A DNA stretch of 64,000 nt from the human T2T-CHM13v2.0 reference genome, Homo sapiens: assembly GCF_009914755.1 (NCBI RefSeq), contig NC_060935.1. One strand, written 5' to 3'. Made by a program: the position numbers and the translations under genes. Below, one piece after another: positions 63,161 through 64,000 of the stretch. The notes beneath the pieces are model-generated. The model worked only from the letters and a program-made list of their open reading frames with translations, ran no database searches and was not told the DNA's origin. The stretch's first letter is position 1; every line of letters starts with the position of its first letter.

Positions 63161-64000
63161 TTTTAAAATGTTGGCTTTTTATCCACCCCCTGCCAACCCT
63201 AGACCCCTTAATCCATACACATCCACACACCCACATAGCAGATCTTTCTGGGAAAGAGAAACTCAGTGGAATCCCCTGATTAGAGAATGTGGACATTTGG
63301 GTGGTTTTGTCCTCTCCAATCTCAGCTGTGCAGGTGCCATTATTATTATAGATGTTTCTTGTTATATTTTGTCGGGAGAAATAACAAAGCTTTTGCTCTT
63401 CTCTCTTGCCTTTTCTCTCTTACTAGCTTGGTTTCTCTTCAAATCGCCTTAACAAAAATAGAGTGTTGTGTTCTGTGTCAGGAGTTGGGGTTTTGACCTC
63501 CTGGAGTGGGTAAAATCAGCCCTTTTTTAATCCTAAGGCTGCTACCAAAGGGCACCTGATGATTTGACTTAACCCCACTGGGAAGGGACTGGGAAGAATG
63601 AGCTGCAGCTAATTACAGTGACTTAGCGGGGAAGGAGTCACATTTTCGCTCTAGATGTGGCTTTCTTGCTGGGGAGGAAGGGTAGGGTCATGTGGAGGGG
63701 TCCAAAAGGATATTTTGGGTGAGAATGAGAGGGAAATAGGAAGCATTCATTTACTGTCCTCATTCCACATGCTCGTGTTCCTACTAGTGGTAGGAAGAAA
63801 ATTGTGTCTTTATTTCTCTGTTGATACAAAATGTCCTCTCTGATCACCTAATGCCCTGTTTTCTTTTAGTGGGCTAATGGGAGCCCTGGAAGCTTCACAT
63901 GTTCTAGGCTGACAGACACAGAATCCAGTGAGCAGGACCTTGGGGGAGACAAGTGAGAAACTAATTTGCTTGGTTCCATTTCTAACTTAATTGGGCATTA

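Overview
This is human/primate-type genomic DNA: about 40 Alu copies or fragments, plus L1, L2, MIR, MaLR/ERV solo LTRs and hAT/Tigger DNA-transposon fossils. I find no intact protein-coding gene; the listed ORFs come from Alu, LTR, L1, microsatellite or chance. Main non-repeat landmarks: (1) a CpG island at about 12.17-12.86 kb with a consensus CTCF site, an ETS site and a minus-strand splice donor, suggesting the first exon of a leftward, probably non-coding or 5'UTR transcript; (2) an old processed PHB1 (prohibitin) pseudogene at about 50.6-51.2 kb (-) that keeps its 5' end but lacks its 3' end; (3) a non-tandem duplication of about 410 bp (14.7 and 16.5 kb); (4) a 4 x 59-bp minisatellite; (5) an Alu-tail (GAA)23 run inside a ~230-bp purine tract; (6) a promoter-like motif cluster near 62 kb. 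I could not assign the chromosomal locus. I see no convincing new biological system; the findings are candidates. Repeat subfamily names come from remembered consensus sequences and need RepeatMasker/Dfam confirmation. Boundaries are approximate unless a target-site duplication (TSD) is quoted.
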